DNA of 32,000 nt from Acaryochloris marina MBIC11017 (GTDB lineage: Bacteria; Cyanobacteriota; Cyanobacteriia; Thermosynechococcales; Thermosynechococcaceae): assembly GCF_000018105.1 (NCBI RefSeq), contig NC_009925.1, positions 300,001-332,000 on the forward strand. Reading direction: 5' to 3'. A program made the translations under genes and the position numbers. A model generated the notes under the pieces. That model was not told where the DNA came from and made no database searches. It worked only from the letters and a program-made list of their open reading frames with translations. This document shows, in pieces, positions 29,102-32,000 of this stretch. The first letter of the stretch is position 1, and every line of letters starts with the position of its first letter.

Positions 29102-29899
29102 CTACTGCCACTCCAGAATCTGACTAATTTCCCGTCGAGACAAACGATGTTTAAGACGGTTAATGGGGTTACGTCCTCGATAGGATTGGACAAATTCTGC
29201 CTGGGGCTGTCCCTGTTTCGCAACCTTTAGAAAAGGGGGGGCGATACCCGGATCATAATCATTTGTGGACATGTACTCAATGACATAAGCCCAGCGGATG
29301 CCTTCTGTCGTGTTGGGAGTTGTTTTATGCAGAGTTAAAGATGAAAACAGGACGATATCTCCGACCTCTGCCGTAATAAAGGTGGGTGATTCAGGCTCCC
29401 CTTGATAAACCATATGGTCATTGATTTTTCGATGGGGCAGTAGCTGGTGATGGCTCCCAGGAACTAGCCAAAGACCACCATTTTCAATAGTCATCGAGGT
29501 AAGCGCTACCCAAAGTTGATAGTGGGTCTGCTTAAAGCCGTTATAGGCATTGTCTTGGTGCCAGGGGAAAGTTTTTGCGCCTGGCCCTTTGGCAACCGCT
29601 TGATCCCATCTCACCCAGAAGTCTGAACCGATAAATGGGTAGAGGAAATTGACAATTTTAGGCTGAGAAACAAATTTTTGAATCGATTCATTATGACGAT
29701 AGAGGTTGGCATAGAACCTCAGAGTGCCTTTGGTTAGACATTGATCTAAACATTGACGGCTCTGGGGAGATTCGATTTGCTCAATAAGGGTCGCCATCTC
29801 TTGGGGAGAGAAGAAATTCTTGATGACAACGTATCCCTGCTGCCTAAAGGTCTGTTGAAGGGACATGGAAGGAGTCGTTGGGGGTATCGCTAATTCCAT
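29102..29899 (-). CDS. phytanoyl-CoA dioxygenase (PhyH) family Fe(II)/2-oxoglutarate oxygenase
   Basis: Contains WHQDNAY (HxD), a distal H in LTLHKT, and typical length (265 aa). Confidence 0.7.
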   Translation of the reverse strand: MELAIPPTTPSMSLQQTFRQQGYVVIKNFFSPQEMATLIEQIESPQSRQCLDQCLTKGTLRFYANLYRHNESIQKFVSQPKIVNFLYPFIGSDFWVRWDQAVAKGPGAKTFPWHQDNAYNGFKQTHYQLWVALTSMTIENGGLWLVPGSHHQLLPHRKINDHMVYQGEPESPTFITAEVGDIVLFSSLTLHKTTPNTTEGIRWAYVIEYMSTNDYDPGIAPPFLKVAKQGQPQAEFVQSYRGRNPINRLKHRLSRREISQILEWQ

Positions 29900-30387
29900 A
29901 TGTTCAATCTGTAGTGAGACCAGTCTAGTCGGTGAAGTAGAACAATAGCCCCATCTCTATAAACTTCAAAGTCAGGTTGAAGCGACTATGGGTGGTGAGG
30001 CCTCTAATAATCATTCCCATCCCCGAGGGCTATCCTATCTCGCTTCATATCAAGATTTATGTTCTAAAGGCCAGAGATTAGCTAGATTGACATCAATAAT
30101 TGACCACCGAAAACGGACTAAGTTTAGAGACACTACAGCAATGGTTTTACAATTCAGATCAGATATTCCATTCTTTTGAGGCCTTCGATGCAATTTAATG
30201 AATAGCGAAAGAAAATACTAGGCTATTCTTAATTCCAAAAATCTATGCAATTGATACAAAGTATGCATACAAAGACTGTTTTCTTTTATTCTTTATTCAC
30301 AGTATTTTGTTAAATAGGATACAGTCGATTTTTAATAGACATGGTACGTTGAGGAGCAATCTAAGAATTTATATTTTCCATAATTCT

Positions 30388-30419
30388 AATCCCTCGGCGA
30401 AGTCGCTGAGGGATTTTTG
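30388..30419 (+). terminator. orphan Rho-independent-terminator-like hairpin plus T-tract on the plus strand
   Basis: AATCCCTC (30388-30395) pairs with GAGGGATT (30408-30415), followed by TTTGT. No convincing plus-strand CDS lies upstream in this AT-rich spacer. Confidence 0.35.
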
Positions 30420-30469
30420 TACTCTATTATTTTTGCTAATTTTTCAATATTTTTTAAGCCGAGAACACT

Positions 30470-31843
30470 TTAGGTTTGGCTTAGAGAAGATTGAAAGTTC
30501 TGTTGATTTTTCAAAATCTGTAAGGAAAGAGAAAGCGTCAGGGTAGCCATGTAAACCGTGAGGGAGGTCCACAGCAGATGATTACTTTGGTAATACCAAC
30601 CCGCGATCGCAATCGGTGCATAGCCAATTCCCAGCGCCGTCAACGCAGAATTTCGAAGAATAGCGCCCTCTTTGAGACCAATAAAATATCCTTCTAATAC
30701 GAAGGCTACCGCTGTTAAACTCAGTAGCGGTACCAACCAGATCACATAGGTATGGATGGAATAGCTGACTTCTGTATGGCTGGTCAATAGTCCAAACACC
30801 GTCACTGGAAACAGAACGGAAAGAACTGCAAAAGGCAGGGAGATTAGCAGTCCATGAACAATCGAGGTATAGAGAATTGGCATCATCAATTCTGACTCCC
30901 CTTTGCCCTTAAAGTTGCCAACGAGGGTCTGAGTCGTGAGCCCAACACCATTCACCGTGAACTGGCTTAAAAAGGCGATTTGGAGCATCAAACCATTTTC
31001 CGCCAGGATAGTTGTGCCCAAGGTGGTGCTCAAGTTGGTGAAAATGGCATAGGCCGAAATTAAGGCCACAAAGCGAATTAGGATATTCCCCTTGAGCAGC
31101 AGGGTGGATTTGAAGGCAGCGACATCCCAGACCTGTTTTAAGGCAGCAGGCACCCGAGCCCATTCGATGCTGGAGACCACTGCGACTAAAGCTACTCCCA
31201 GGGCTAAATATTGGCTAAGGGCTGTTGCGAGTCCTGCCCCCATGCTGTCCCAACCCCAGCGGTTAATCATCAAATAGTCCAGGAGGACATTGGAACCGTT
31301 ACCAACCAGTGAAATAATTAGGACAATCCGGTTCATTTCCCGCCCCAAGAACCAGCCAATCAGCACAAAGTTAAGCAATACGGCGGGGGCTCCCCAGATG
31401 CGGGCATTGAAGTAATCGAGCCCTGCGGCTTCAATTTCTGGAGAACCGGATAAGACCGCAAACCCCAGACGTTGCAAGGGATATTGCAGGATAAGGATGA
31501 GGATGGCTACTGCGATCGCAACCATGCTGCTGCGCAATCCAGCCAACAGAACCTCTTGATGGTTCTTCTCACCTTCCGCTTGGGCTGTAATAGCGTTGGT
31601 ACTATTTCTAAAGAACTTGAGGATGCGGTAGAGGTAATCGAAGAGAACGCTACCCAAGATCACCCCAGCTAGGTGGCGAATATCGTCGAGATGTCCCAGG
31701 AAGGCCGTATCAAACAAACCCGCCAGGGGCACCATCATATTCGATAGGGCACTCACAACCGCGAGCTGATAAAAGCGAGGGAGAAAACTTCTATAGTGAG
31801 CCGGGATTGATAAGCCCATACTTACCTTTTCTAGCATCCTCAA
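30470..31843 (-). CDS. MATE-family efflux transporter (DinF-like)
   Basis: 457 aa, about 12 predicted TM segments, and an N-terminal LFDTAFLGHL block typical of MATE proteins. Confidence 0.8.
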   Translation of the reverse strand: MRMLEKVSMGLSIPAHYRSFLPRFYQLAVVSALSNMMVPLAGLFDTAFLGHLDDIRHLAGVILGSVLFDYLYRILKFFRNSTNAITAQAEGEKNHQEVLLAGLRSSMVAIAVAILILILQYPLQRLGFAVLSGSPEIEAAGLDYFNARIWGAPAVLLNFVLIGWFLGREMNRIVLIISLVGNGSNVLLDYLMINRWGWDSMGAGLATALSQYLALGVALVAVVSSIEWARVPAALKQVWDVAAFKSTLLLKGNILIRFVALISAYAIFTNLSTTLGTTILAENGLMLQIAFLSQFTVNGVGLTTQTLVGNFKGKGESELMMPILYTSIVHGLLISLPFAVLSVLFPVTVFGLLTSHTEVSYSIHTYVIWLVPLLSLTAVAFVLEGYFIGLKEGAILRNSALTALGIGYAPIAIAGWYYQSNHLLWTSLTVYMATLTLSLSLQILKNQQNFQSSLSQT

Positions 31844-32000
31844 TATGGACCTCTATCTGCATCTCTAAAGAATATTCAACAGAGAAGGGAATCCCTACAT
31901 TGGCCAACCCAAAAGATAGAGTTTAGTTTAGTTAAATCACTCCAGACCGATCAAGAATTGGGCTTAAAATGACTACCCAATATTTTTCTAGGTTAGGTGC

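Overview
The window looks like a cyanobacterial chromosomal segment. By eye I count 14 copies of the HIP1 palindrome GCGATCGC, and the gene set fits (glnN, PPK2, a Uma2 nuclease, cyanobacteria-typical DUF-like ORFs). Housekeeping genes (nfi, GH84 hydrolase, ppk2, glnN, FTR1 permease, M23 peptidase, cysH plus a moaD-like gene, PstS-like protein, CaCA antiporter, PhyH dioxygenase, MATE exporter) surround four noteworthy regions.

1. 13.4-18.6 kb holds a complete diversity-generating retroelement (DGR). Its parts are a caspase-FGE(C-type lectin fold) target gene with a 3' variable repeat, avd, a reverse transcriptase and a template repeat. The two 121-bp repeats differ at 17 positions, and all 17 are template adenines. 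The RT is split by a 1059-bp IS903-group IS with a perfect 9-bp target duplication, so the diversifier appears recently frozen. A Trypco1-like small gene follows.
2. 1.42-1.73 kb holds two tandem, paralogous structured-RNA candidates, one with a tRNA-like T-arm. They sit directly upstream of a TROVE-like/vWA (Ro60-like) gene, which suggests a Y-RNA/Rsr-type RNP locus. A ThiF/E1-like gene translationally coupled to an unknown ORF lies nearby.
3. 26.31-26.38 kb holds a helically phased, same-orientation array of cyanobacterial-type DnaA boxes next to an AT-rich tract. This is a candidate oriC or DnaA-controlled site.
4. 21.7-23.8 kb holds one IS630-family element nested inside another. Each has a poly-A run at its ORF junction.

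All calls come from manual reading of the sequence and the ORF track. No searches were run.
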